This document shows, piece after piece, positions 11,800-23,829 of a stretch of DNA of 64,000 nt. A program made the position numbers and the translations under genes. Origin of the DNA: Marsupella aquatica. Taxonomy: Eukaryota > Plantae > Marchantiophyta. Below the pieces are notes generated by a model that saw only the letters and a program-made list of their open reading frames with translations, was not told where the DNA came from and did not search any database. Numbering within the stretch: the stretch's first letter is position 1; each line of letters begins with the position of its first letter. Location of the stretch: positions 18,590,357 to 18,654,356 of the forward strand of contig OZ316892.1 in NCBI GenBank assembly GCA_973895155.1, written 5' to 3'.

Positions 11800-12648
11800 A
11801 TGGCCTCTAGGAAACGTACAAAGGTTGACCACCCGCCTCTGTTGGCTGGAATCAAAGCCATTTTGATTCCTGGCCACTATGGGTTCACCCAAGTGAGTTG
11901 GCCAATCGTACAAAAACGATTCTCAGAGTTCCATGGGACTGAAGTCAAGGACATCACTCCACAGACTACACATGTTGTTGTAGGGACATGGCTGGATGTG
12001 ATGAACAAGTGGTCATGGTCCTTCATTGATTCTGCCATTACCAACCAAGGTCTAAAAGTAGTTGAAGTCTCTTGGCTGACCGATTCTGTTAAACATAGGT
12101 GTGTACAGAGTACTGAGCAATATGAGTTGTGGGAGAGTGAGGAGGCCACTGCAGAGGCTTTGGCTGAAAAGGAAGCCTATGAAGCAGCGGCAGAGAAACC
12201 CAACTTTGCTTCTATCCAATATGGACCTGTTGTCAACATAGGACACCATCCTATGCGTGCAGATGCTATATTGAATGAGCATGGCAAGGAGAGAAATACC
12301 ATTATGAAGGGGTTCAGTGTGGTATTTGCAGAAGAAGGAATTGGGGAGACTAAGTGCAGATTGTACAAGTCTATAGTTGTTGAGCTAGGTGGGACAGTGG
12401 AGGAGAGTCTAACAGAAACCTCCACTCATGTTGTAGGTCTGTCATACATGAAAATATGCAGAAAATTCTTTAAGACAACAGTGCGTGATTTTGTCATGAA
12501 CAACAATCTTTGGGTGCTTTCCCCTGATTGGCTTCTGGAATCAGCAGCTAGAGGGAAGCGACAGAATGCTTGGGACTTTGATATTTTTGAGGCCTGGCCC
12601 TCCAAGATTCAGCGGAGATGTATGCTTAGCAAAGGTGGGAGAGAGTGA
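11800..12648 (+). CDS. Tandem BRCT-domain protein, intronless
   Basis: Two BRCT signatures: ITPQTTHVVV...VVEVSWLTDSV..Y and ELGGTVEESLTETSTHVV...LSPDWLLESA..F. NLS-like RKRTK at the N-terminus. Confidence 0.8.
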   Translation: MASRKRTKVDHPPLLAGIKAILIPGHYGFTQVSWPIVQKRFSEFHGTEVKDITPQTTHVVVGTWLDVMNKWSWSFIDSAITNQGLKVVEVSWLTDSVKHRCVQSTEQYELWESEEATAEALAEKEAYEAAAEKPNFASIQYGPVVNIGHHPMRADAILNEHGKERNTIMKGFSVVFAEEGIGETKCRLYKSIVVELGGTVEESLTETSTHVVGLSYMKICRKFFKTTVRDFVMNNNLWVLSPDWLLESAARGKRQNAWDFDIFEAWPSKIQRRCMLSKGGRE

Positions 12649-12788
12649 GGAGTAGGAGTCCCTCATATTTTTGTATAAATCACAATTTTGTAATAAATGT
12701 GATCCTTGAACTAACTCATCTTGTCATGGTTGGTCGCAGTTGAAGTGATTGTTGTTTCCTGCTGCGTGGGGTGTGACTGTGAATCTAC

Positions 12789-13358
12789 TTGCTGGGCTCT
12801 GTTTGGCTGAAGACTTTGGTGGGTATGCTGCCTCTTCCAGACCGTCAGGCCCTATGTAGGGTCCTCCTACGGGTTGCATCGTGCATGGCTACTGCTTGGG
12901 CTTACTTGTGTGGATTGGTAACCAGACAGAGTGTAGCTCCATCCGAGATAATGCCTACAGACCTTGGATGTGTTGTGAATGCTGTGGTGAATGAGGATGC
13001 ACAGTCGGAAGAGGACATTTACTTTTCAGCAGATGAGTTAGACAAGCACGATGCTGTAGGTGGTTCCTTGTTGCCTGATTTGGCAGATGATATAGTTCTT
13101 ACACATGTCTGGCCGAGGGTTCTTGTGGTGTCTGGCGCACAAGATATCTGCAAATATAGACTAATTAGTACCCAGTGGAGGGACTTGGTAGCAACATGTG
13201 CACCATGGAGGGCACTGTTGCCACTGCTTGTAGGCACGGATCGAAGACCACCATGGCATGAGCAGGGTTTAGACCTTGATGACTTAATGTACATGCCTGA
13301 GTACCTCAGGGCTGAGTGGCATCGACAACAGGATTGGTATCCGTATTTGATGTGGTAG
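12789..13358 (+). CDS. F-box-like protein (start uncertain)
   Basis: LLPDLADDIVLTHVWPRV...ICKYRLISTQWRDLV matches the F-box pattern LP.L.DD....I..R....R.VS..W..L. Confidence 0.55.
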   Translation: MLGSVWLKTLVGMLPLPDRQALCRVLLRVASCMATAWAYLCGLVTRQSVAPSEIMPTDLGCVVNAVVNEDAQSEEDIYFSADELDKHDAVGGSLLPDLADDIVLTHVWPRVLVVSGAQDICKYRLISTQWRDLVATCAPWRALLPLLVGTDRRPPWHEQGLDLDDLMYMPEYLRAEWHRQQDWYPYLMW

Positions 13359-13684
13359 TAAGATGAGGACATCTCACACCGGTCTCGCACCTGGCACCTG
13401 TGTCTATGACTATACATGATTGGACTCTGATATGGTCATGGATGTACGTGCAGAGGCAGTACATGTGAGGACAGCGGAGGAGTTGACACCCTCAAACATT
13501 TAGGAATTTTGTCTCATTCACTTGAGAATAGGTACATGACTCAGGCACCTATATTTTTTGTTTTTTTGTTTTTTTGGAACGTTACGTATTTTGGCAAGTA
13601 CAGTCGGGGGTGAAATCCTTAACAGGAAGTGTATTTTTCACTTGCATAATAAAATGACAGGGTGCTGAGTGCGTGTGTATAGTG

Positions 13685-16600
13685 ATGGCTCCAAGGTTGC
13701 CTCTTCACAACCCATTTAGGATTAGGCATCATGATTCTAAATTGTGGATGCGTGAACAAGCCCGGGCCGCCCAAGGTAGGAGTAGGAGGATGAGATGCCC
13801 ATGCACACAGTGCCAAGGATTCAAGTCGTTGAGTTTGAACACTGTGCACCTTCACCTGCTGCGGCATGAAAGGCACCCTCGGTGGAGGGTTTGGAATGTA
13901 CCAGCAGAAGAAGACTCCTCTGATGAAGAGTGGAGAGCTGACTTTGTGGATTCTAATACAGCTAGGCGTAGAGACTACGTAGAGCAGGACATAGACTGTG
14001 CAGAGGATGGTCCTGGGGTCCAACATGAGAACGTGGATGACCAAGATGGAGATGTAGAGGCAGTCACTGAGGACGGTGGGATGGATGTCCCAAGAATGGT
14101 TCAAGAGATTTTTGAAGACCTTGATGCTTTTTACGACACAGTGGAATCAGAAGAGGACAATGAACCGCAGCCACACATTGGCGACGGCCAAGCTGAACCT
14201 GACTTTGACATTGGGGAAGGTGCAGCAGAGAGGGAGTGGGTGTTTGGGGGCCCAAAACACATCAAAGAAGCTTGCATTCCTATCTACGAGGGGTCGAACT
14301 GCTCCAAGCTGGGTTTTGTTGTGTTGTTGTTGAACATCTGTGGCAATCACAATGTTCCCAATATATTTGTGACAGAGTTGTTGACCTTCCTGCGCCGAAA
14401 TGTGTTACCAGATGGTAATTCAATTCCAAAAAATATGTACGAGGCTAGGAAATTGATGTGTAACCTTGGGCTGAACTATGTGTCTATTGACGCATGCCCT
14501 GATGGGTGTGTTCTCTTTCGCAAAGAGCATGCAGATAAATTGACATGCCCTCATTGTGGTAAGCACAGGTACAAGAATGTAGGGAAATGTACACACCCTG
14601 CCAAGGTTCTTCGTCATTTTCCTCTCATTCCTAGACTACAACGTCTGTTTAGATGCCCTGCCATTTCCAAGCTGATGACATGGACTCCTGATAACAAGAG
14701 CAGTGATGGCCTGCAGCGTCACATTGGAGATTCCAACCATTGGAAATTTGTTGATGAGAGGTGGCCACAGTTTGCTGCAGAGAAGCGGAACTTTCGATTT
14801 GGTCTATCACTGGATGGAGTAAACCCACTTGGAGACAAAAACAACCGTTATTCATGTTGGCCGGTTACGCTGCTAAATTACAACCTTCCCCCATGGATGA
14901 CTACAAAGAGGTTTTTTGTCATGATGGTGCTGTTAATCCCTGGACCAGCTTCTGTGACCGAGCAATTCATAGATATCATGTTGGCTCCAGCAGTGGAAGA
15001 GTGGAAGACTTTGTGGATAGAAGGGGTGTTAACCCATGATGTTCTGAAGGGGCTTCTTCGACCCAACCCCTTTAGACTGCATGCAATTTGTTTGCTGGAT
15101 ATAGCAGATTACCCAGGCCATGGCATCATATCTGGACGAGTGACAAAGGGCTATGTGGGGTGCACACCATGTGGGAAAAATGTGACAAGTGAGTGGTCGC
15201 ATGCCCTGCACAGTATGAAATTTCAGGGGCATAGAAGGTATCTGCCTGTTGATCATCCTTACAGGCACACACGGTCTCAAATTGCACACTTCAACAACAA
15301 AACAGAGCTTCGTGGCCCACCATAGAGGGTCACCAGAGAGCAAGTCCTGAGGTGGGCAGCCAGGAAGGCTGATTGGGACAAGAGAAGTGCCACTGATCGA
15401 GAACCTGAGGATCCAGTGGTGAAACACGGTGTGAAAAGACAGACCTTGATGGACTTGGAGTTGGAGTACTGGAGGGTAATGTACTTAGCCTCCAGCCCCT
15501 GTATGATTGCAATTTTAGATTGGAGCAATGGTGGATTGATGTTGGTTACAATCCTCCTATGTGGTTAATTAGTGTTTCTATTGTTGAATTCTTTGCTTTG
15601 TGGAGTGCAGGAATTCGAGCCCAGCAAACACAATGTGGACGTCATGCACATTGAGAAAAATATTTGTGAGAGCTTGCTGAAGTTCTTGTCGGGTGAGAAA
15701 GATACAGGAGCAGTTCGAGCTGATATGCAACAGAAGGGGATTCGCCCTCACCTTTGGTTGAAGCCCCATGCAAGCAATCCCAATGTACTTCTCAAGTTCC
15801 AAGCTCCCTATGTGTGCACACAGGATGAATGGAAGACATTCTTGTATAGATTGAGCTGTCTGAAAGTGCCCTCTGGCTATGCTGGTGCCTTCAAGAAGCA
15901 TATTACAAAGAATAAACTTGGCAGTATGAAAACACATGACTACCATGTGTTGATGCAGCACATTCTGCCCCTATGCCTCAGAGGTCTCATGCAGAAACCA
16001 GTCCGTAATGTCATTCTTCGACTGTGCAATGTATTTTGCCGTATATGTGTGAAAGTGTGGGATCCCCAAGGATTGGAGCAGTTGAAGCAGGATGCTGCTT
16101 ATGTCCTCTGTGACTTGGAGATATACTTCCCCCCTGCTTTCTTTGATGTTATGACTCATCTCCTAATCCATGTGGTAGAAGAGCTAGGGCAGTATGGGCC
16201 AGTCAGTACCAGATGGATGTACCCTATGGAGCGATACATGAAGTTGTTGAAAGGTCATGTGAGAACATACTACAGGCCAGAGGCTTCCATGGCATTGGGG
16301 TACATTAAGGATGAGACGTTGGGATTCCTAACAGAGTACATGGCTGGGTCTGGTGAAGCTATGACAAGAGTTTGGAAATCTGGTGAAGATGATGGAGTGA
16401 GTGGCGAGGTTGTTGAAGGTGTGGGACGTGTTGTTCAGCTGCCTGTTGCGATTTGAGACAAGGCTCATTCATATGTGCTGGCAAACACAGAGCCTATGCA
16501 ACCATGGTGGAGGTGAGTGATTGAATTGACTTGCCTTTGTTGTGATGCTTCTTGTCTGTTCCAAGGGTGATCTTAGGTTGTCATGTGTTGTTTAGACCTA

Positions 16601-17385
16601 ACTATGCCTGTACCTCATATTGCAGGGAATATGATATGCAAAAAGCTGCACACTCTGGGCAGCAGGATCCCTTCCCACAGTTCGAGCAGTGGATTCGGGT
16701 GACAATTCGAGAGCATAGTAGACATCACCCAGATATGGAGAAGGATTTGTATCTTCTATCTGTGCCACCACGATTGTCTATTCTGACCTACAAACGGATG
16801 AGAGCTTATGGAAATCATTATCGAGTGAGGGATGAGCAGGGTGACCATTGTGTATCATATGATTGTGGTTTGATTTCTGTGTTTGAGCAGAGAACCTCTG
16901 AAGAACAGAGGGGGTGGATGAAGATGGGTTACGTGGGGGAGTTGACCGACATTTGGGTGTTGAATTATGGTAACACAAGTGTCCCAGTGATATTGATGAA
17001 GGGATCATGGGTGAAATCAGAGTGGCAGAGACCAAGGGCCACCATGAAGCGTGATCATGATGGGTTCTTGTTGGCCAATTTTAGGTCCAGAGTACCAGAA
17101 TGGTTTGAGCCTTTTGTTTTCCCTAGCCAAGTTGAACAGGCTTTCTTTGCAGATGTGGAGGAGTCACATGGCTGGAGGGTGGTATGCCATAGCCAAGCAC
17201 GGAACAGGCGGATGGATGGAAGTAAAGTAGAGTTCAGTTTGGATGACCATGCTGCATTCGAGCATCCTAGTCATGAGACTGTACTTCCAACTTGGGCAGG
17301 GACTGCCTACATCCCCTTAACATTGAGAGAGACATATGATGAACCTGGGCAAATGGAATATGATGAGGTTGATGATTTGCAATAG
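13685..17385 (+). pseudogene. CACTA-1 TnpD transposase (Transposase_21/DUF4218/DUF4216 type); introns ~15476-15610 and ~16513-16625; in-frame stops at 15323 and 16454
   Basis: CPCTQC; IDACPDGCVLFR..CPHCG; LRHFPLIPRLQRLF; GLSLDGVNP; YNLPPW; DYPG; DVMHIEKNI; KTHDYHVLMQ; FPPAFFDVMTHLLIH; RWMYPMERYMK; EPFVFPSQVEQAFF. Confidence 0.95.
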
Positions 17386-17562
17386 GCAACAGCTGGCGAT
17401 TGGCAAGTATGAGGTTGAGGATGACTACCTGCACAGAGTCACAGAATGGGAATTGCTGCCTGGAATGATGTTTAGGATAGTTGGATATGCATGAAATTGA
17501 TTGATACTTTGAATTTAGTGTGCTGATTCTCCCTGTTTGGTTGTGGGTGCTGTGCAGAAGCT

Positions 17563-20500
17563 ATGGGGGAAGAGGGTGATGGCATGGAGACAGACATGGG
17601 GCTTGGAGAGTGGGGTGAAGAGGAAAGATTGGATATGGATGGAGACCCAGATGCAGGGGGCTCACAGAAAAATGCACCTGTGCAGGATGCACAGGGCCCT
17701 CATCAAGTCCCAGGTAGGTGGGCAGCTAGAGAGAAATCACATAATCCATACCCTAGAAGGAGCCAGAGTTATTGGCAAGGGACGCCTGATAATTATGATG
17801 ATGACTATGATGGAGCAGAAGATGGATGGGATGAATATGAACACCCAGAGCGTGGTAGAGACGGGTACAGAGGGCAATGGAAAGGTGAGGAGGATGATTG
17901 GACAAGTAAGTGCCTTGTGCTAGTGATTTTGTGATGGTAGTAGAGATTTAGCTCAATATGCACTTATCTGATGTGTAGCTAGGGCAAAGAGTTTATCTTA
18001 CAGGTCCATGAGTGTGGCATGTACCTGTTGGTATGCAGACTCTGATTGGGACAATCACGAAAACAACAAAGGCCATCCACGTTCAGATAGGAGGCAATCA
18101 TTCACAGGCGGGAGAAATGCCCCTAATTCATCAAGACAAAGCAATAGGACAGGTGGTCCAGAACCATCTATGCGCCAAGGGAGAGGTAACTTGGTCATTG
18201 CAGAATTGCTCTGAAGTCCACTGTATATTTGGCAGCGGGATTTATGATTCATACTTACCTAATGTAAGTGACTGTAAATGGATCCTGTAAATGTGCAGGG
18301 ACTCCAGGGAGGTTTGGACAATGCAATCCAGGCCGTGGGGGGAGATCAGGCCGTGGAGGGACCCCAGGCCGTGGGGGGACACCAGGCCGTGGAGGGACAC
18401 CTAGTAGCGCTTCAAGGAGTACCAAGGCAGGAGACAGTAACAAATTTGGTAAAGTAGAAGTGAATTCCGAAGGTTGGATAACTCCCACATGTGATGGTAA
18501 GAACCGTTGGCATTCTGACCTAAGAGGAGAAGTATTGCGTTGGTTGGATTTGAGCATTACAGAGTTTAGGAGTCAGAACAAAGCTGATTGGGCTGCTATC
18601 TGCAAGGACATTCTTGAACGGTGGGAGTATGTTGGTAATGATGGTAAGGGCCCAGTTGAAGATTGCATATCAGATTATGCAATGAGGATTTTGAAACAAG
18701 AGAGGCATAGGTTGAAAAGGATGTGGATAGACAATGGTTCTAACAGGAGAATGCCACCACCCCCATCATTGGAACTGGATCAATGGACACGGTTAATCAA
18801 AGGGTTCATGTCGGAGGCTGGACAGAGCAAGAGTGAACTGATGTCAAATGCTCGAGGCAAAGTGAAACACCTTTCACAGGCTGGGAGAGGAAGTTATGCT
18901 CCAGTGAAAGAACAATTGGTAAGGCAGTGACATGCCTGATAGTAAGCCTCAAACTTATCATCTTGCTACCATTATTACATTTTCATTGACAATCAACACT
19001 TGGTTTCATTCATATGTATGTTGATGTGGACTGCAGAAGAAATTGACAGGTGAAGAACCATCAGCACAAGAAGTGAGAGAGGAGTTCATGAAACAAAGGA
19101 GTGAGGTGACAAGTGTAACTTCCAAACAGGTGATTATGTTGTAATTCTGTATGTTCTGTGACTATTTGGCCTTGAGCATCAGAAAGAAATGTAGTAGAAA
19201 GTAAGCAACCAGTTCTTGGGGACAGTTATCTGAGATATGTAAGCTGTGTTATGACAAGGAACTGTTACAACTCTCACAGAGATGTGTGAACGATTGAAGT
19301 CATTAGAGTGTGGACTCCCTCGAGTGGAAAGTAAATTGGCTGATCGTTTGGATATTGTGGAGGCATCTGTAGCGAACCTTCTTGCATCAGTGGAATCTAA
19401 TTTCAAGCTTGTGATTGAAAAATTGGGTGGTTCCCAACCAAACAATGAGGGCAACATTGTACAAAGTGTGCCCTTGTTAACAAAAAAGGGAATTGGCAAA
19501 TCTGACACAGGTATGGAAATGACACCGGCCCATTGTTCATTGTGTCCTATGTTCAAATGTTAGAAGTAAGTTTTCATGAATTGAGTGAATGGTTTGAATG
19601 CAGGAAGAGTGGAGGCAGAGAAGGACCCTGTAATCAATAAGCAGAAGGGCAAGAAGGTTGCTGAGACAGGTAACCTGCTATGATCCAGTACATTACATTT
19701 GAAAAGTGCATGGAGTTTTGTGAAGCTTAAGCCGGTTGGAGGTAATCTTTTCTGTAAGAACTGGTTGGATGAACTGGGATCTGAAGTGACATCATGATTG
19801 ATGTATCAGGTGATTCAAAGAGCAATAATGAAGAAGATGTGCCCAGTGCCTCAGTGACCATAGCCAAGGAGGTATCAGGTAAGCTGATGCTTTAAATTCC
19901 TCTATATGAATGTTGAGAAACAATTCAGTGGTTAATAGATTCAACTTGAATATTGTGGTGTGTTTATTGATCAACAGAAGCAGACATGGAGCATATGGCA
20001 ATGGCAAAGAAGGGGAAGAAGGCTGTTCATAATGGTAAGGAGATAGTGACAACTTTGTGGTTGGTGACATGTACATTTAGCACATGTGATGAGTGATTGA
20101 CTTATGTTGGACATGACACTGAATTGTAGTTGATGCAGAGTTGACAGACTCTCAACCAAGTGGGAGCAGGGTGAAGCGACGTTGAAACTTGGGAGCAACA
20201 TTGGATGCAAGTAAGATTGTAGATGCTTCAATTGAAGCAAGTACAATGTTGGCAGATACTGAGATGATGTCGCAGGGAAATCCTGCTACACAATCAGAAG
20301 TGTCAAATATGGATGCAGATTCTTTGAAGAAGAGTGTAGCCAATTCTCGATCACCAGCACAAAACACTCGTGCCAAAGTCATGACTCGCAACCAAGGTAT
20401 GAATAATGTCATGTATAAGCCACCCAGGAAAGCCAAGAAAAACAGCCAGGGTAAGGTGGAGGTGATAGCCACAGCAGAGCCAGTCCATAATCTTCTATCA

Positions 20501-20734
20501 TGGGAGGATGACTCGCAGGTATGTGTGGGTACAGGCATTTTGCGACCGGACCATGCAAAATTCCATGGCAAAGTGGTCCCGGATGACCATGTAGTAGTGT
20601 TGTTGACTATAGTGATTGTATCTGATTGTAATTTGCCATTTCCGAATAGAGATGATGATCCACCTCAGGAAATAATTGCAGATGCAATAGGATCTCTTGT
20701 GCTTTGGCCATCAGAGTGTGTTAGTCTGCAGTGA
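17563..20734 (+). CDS. CACTA-1 TnpA-like multi-exon gene
   Basis: Series of GT-AG exons. Core ILKQERHRLKRMW...PPPPSLELDQWTRLI...KSELMSNAR (Transposase_24-like). C-terminal VGTG...FHGKVVPDDHVVV...LPFPN...IGSLVLWP domain typical of En/Spm TnpA. Confidence 0.75.
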
Positions 20735-21234
20735 CTGAATGCAAGTGTAGATAGAATCATGTGAATTGTGTCACATTTTGACATTGCCTTGGAAAGATCC
20801 AAGAAATATTTGTACCAATTTTTCCATTTGGTAAAGAGGATGAAGGAGCCGTTGTGTGTGACATTGATATTTCTGAATTCTGTATGTATGAAACAAGTGA
20901 TTGATGTCAAACTATGGCTCTATGGTGATTGTCTATGATACTTGAATCTGTTTTGTATCATTTGAGTATTAGTGTGTATGGTATAGAGGAATACTTTGTG
21001 ACCTTCTTTGTAGTCTATGAAGTTTGAATCTGTGAATTCATATTAGTGTACATGGTATAGAAGATGGCTTTCTGAAACTATGTATTCTAATGTTAACATG
21101 ATGAATGGTGAACTTATAGAGTGAGTTCATTCCAAGTACACAATAAAACATGAATGCAATATGTTATTTGTGCACAAGAGTGGGTTCATTCCAAGTAGTA
21201 TAGTGGGGTCTTCATCACTCATATCCAGTTGACA

Positions 21235-21562
21235 TGAAAGACTTATACATACCCCACAAAGTATATTTAAAGACTACCCTCCATAACCTTTTTAGTCGTT
21301 CCCAACAACTCACCATCACAGCCCATAAAAGACTGAAAACGACTCACCAAAGCTACCCACACAAAGACTAAAATAGACTGAAAATCCAGTCTATTAAACG
21401 ACTTATAAACCAGTTCTATAAAGGACTCAGTTGATTATAGTAACAAAACATACGACTCGCAGTCCTATAAAGGACTGGAGTCCTTCCCAGTCGTTTCCAA
21501 GTCCTATACGGTACTGAATAGTCGTTTAATGGGGTCTAAATACCCCCCGGTTTCTACTAGTG
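21235..21562 (-). mobile_element. CACTA-1 right end: subterminal GACT/AGTC repeats plus TIR
   Basis: Ends ccccggtttctactagtg = reverse complement CACTAGTAGAAACCGGGG at 21562, followed by tgg. Dense aagact/cgact/agtc motifs in both orientations. Confidence 0.9.
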
Positions 21563-22832
21563 TGGTGCCTCTGAAGAAGATTTTGGTAATGCTGCCTAAG
21601 CTCTGTGAGGATCGGGACCAGAATGTTAGGGCCGGTGGATTGGGAAGGACACGGATCAGTCCATCCTCTTCGAGAAAATGCAAGATGCCATGAGGAAATT
21701 AAGCAGGAAGGAAAGACTGAGGTCAAGGTTGAGGTGGAGAATGTGGCCGGAGTTTTGAGGCCAACGAGAGAGATTAGAGCAGAGCAAGCCAATGAGTTTG
21801 AGCTAGAAATTGTGGTGGACGTTCCATGTCGGCCAGTCGGTGAATGTGTTTGTCCTCCTATGAGCTGAAGAACCCCGTGGACATACTCGGGCCCCTGGGC
21901 AGCCAAGTCCATCTTTCAGGAGGGAGTGAAGGCGGGCAAGCAGTATGAACAGCGTGGAGGCGGTGAAAGCAGCTGGAACCAATAACCTTTGAGGTTGCCA
22001 AGTCTCGATCTGCTGGTTCTATTCTGAACAAAGCTGCTCCTGCTGCAGCTTCTGTCTCGATCAAGTCCTCCAAGAGATTCACAATTGGTGCAGTGGCTGC
22101 AATTGCGAAAGTCATGTCCAAATGAGATTGCTGGAGAAATCCCTGGAGAAGTTGGATGACATGAAGAGAAAGAGGCTAACGGATTTAATAGGTGTGAATG
22201 GTTCTGAGGGAGTAGCAGGCGTTGGTGGCGCTCCAACTTTGAGGGCTGCTCCTCGCACTTCATATGGGCTTCTCTCACTTCAAAACATTACTCGTTTTTT
22301 GGCATACATTTCAGTCTAATCAAAAGCATGCATGAGGAATGAGCTGTCCTGGCATTTCTTTCCCAATTGCAAGAATTGAACTTCGGTTGTCACTCACCTG
22401 GTTTACTTCTTCAAATGTTCATGTCCTGAGCCAGGTACAAGAGAGCTGAACGTACAAGGTGAAGTAGTTCCTGCAAAAGTAATTTGCGTTGCATTAGTTT
22501 CAATGTGCAATGCAGATATCCTGAGCATCACTATGTTCAATCAAGAGTTCAGTTCTTCACTCACCCCTCACGTTCCGGCTCTTTGGCCCCTGTCCTGTCT
22601 ATAGCCAAAGACTCTCGGGTTCAGAGATGTTGGCTTAAGGCACCTTGACGATTTTGTGATCCAACGAGATCGGTGGTATGTTTTGTCTCTTTAGAGAGAG
22701 TTTTGTCTCTTTTGGACCTGTTTCAATTTTTGCTATAAATCGATCACATTGTCAGTTCTGAACGTGGCGGGACTACGGGAGGCATTTGCTCTCATAGTTT
22801 GTTATTGACTTTTGTCATGCTTGCTGGTGGCG

Positions 22833-23486
22833 ATGGCAGGGCAGGCTGAGAATGCAAGTATTGATGTTGCAGCAGACTTTGAGGTTGCTAACGACATAGA
22901 GGCATTGGTTGCAAGCATTGAGATTCAGAGTCAGGCGAGCGTAAAGCTGGAGCCAAATGCTAAGATTTAGAGTCAAGCGAACATAAAGTTGGAGCCAAAT
23001 GCTGAGATGGACGCCGAAGCTGAGATGGATGCACTAGCTCGTGCATTTGAAAAGACAAGAGGCACATTCGAGGGCATGTATGCTCTATTGATTCCTAAAA
23101 AAATTAGCCCTGGGCGATTTGACATATTGAAGAAACGGTTTGTCCAATGCGGAGGTTCTATCTGTTACCGGATCAGTCCAATCACTACATATGTGATTGC
23201 CCAAAATTGGCAGACTATTTTATCAAAGTATGATTGGGGATGTGTGGACTTCTATCACTCAAGTGGGAGAATCAAGTTCGTGAGCTTTGATTGGATATCG
23301 TCAAGCCTTTGTGTGGGGAAAGCAATTTCGATCAAGGATTTTGATTTGTTACTGCTGGATAGCATGACTGAGTTCTCTCCGCCACCAAAGCCAGCCAAGA
23401 GAGCCAAGAGGATCTCTGTGCTATTGCCAAGAGGAAAGCTTGTTATAAATTTGATGAATAGATATGTAGGAGATCAGTCAGAGTAG
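22833..23486 (+). pseudogene. Single-BRCT protein, paralogue of 11800-12648, with in-frame TAG at 22968
   Basis: LLIP...KKRFVQCGGSICYRISPITTYVIA..W....KYDW...VSFDWISSSL..F aligns with the first BRCT of the 11.8 kb gene. A 42-bp internal duplication shows attCAGagt versus attTAGagt. Confidence 0.7.
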
Positions 23487-23829
23487 GAGTTTCTAGATTC
23501 ACTATCTGATTTGTAACTTCATGCTTGCACATTTAGAAGGAAATAAAGTTGTGAATGTGTTCTAAGTTCCATACATTGTTGTTACATGCTGCAAAAATTG
23601 TCGACTCCTTCATTTCCTTCATTTGTTCATTTGTTCATTTTTGAATGTACCCTACCAAAACACGATCTCACAGAGCGCCCACTTCGAAAGTATGCTAAAC
23701 TTCAAACACAACGCCCACCCCGAACACAACGCCCAGGCGTTATGTTAATCTTGTTGAGCATAGACGATACTCGTAACGGTAAGCACATGACATATCCAAC
23801 GCGCAAGTAGTTGACACAAGAGATCAAGA

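Noticed and set aside
21563-22500. Minus-strand exon-like ORFs next to the CACTA-1 right end
   Set aside because: They look like a decayed coding sequence, but no family could be recognised.
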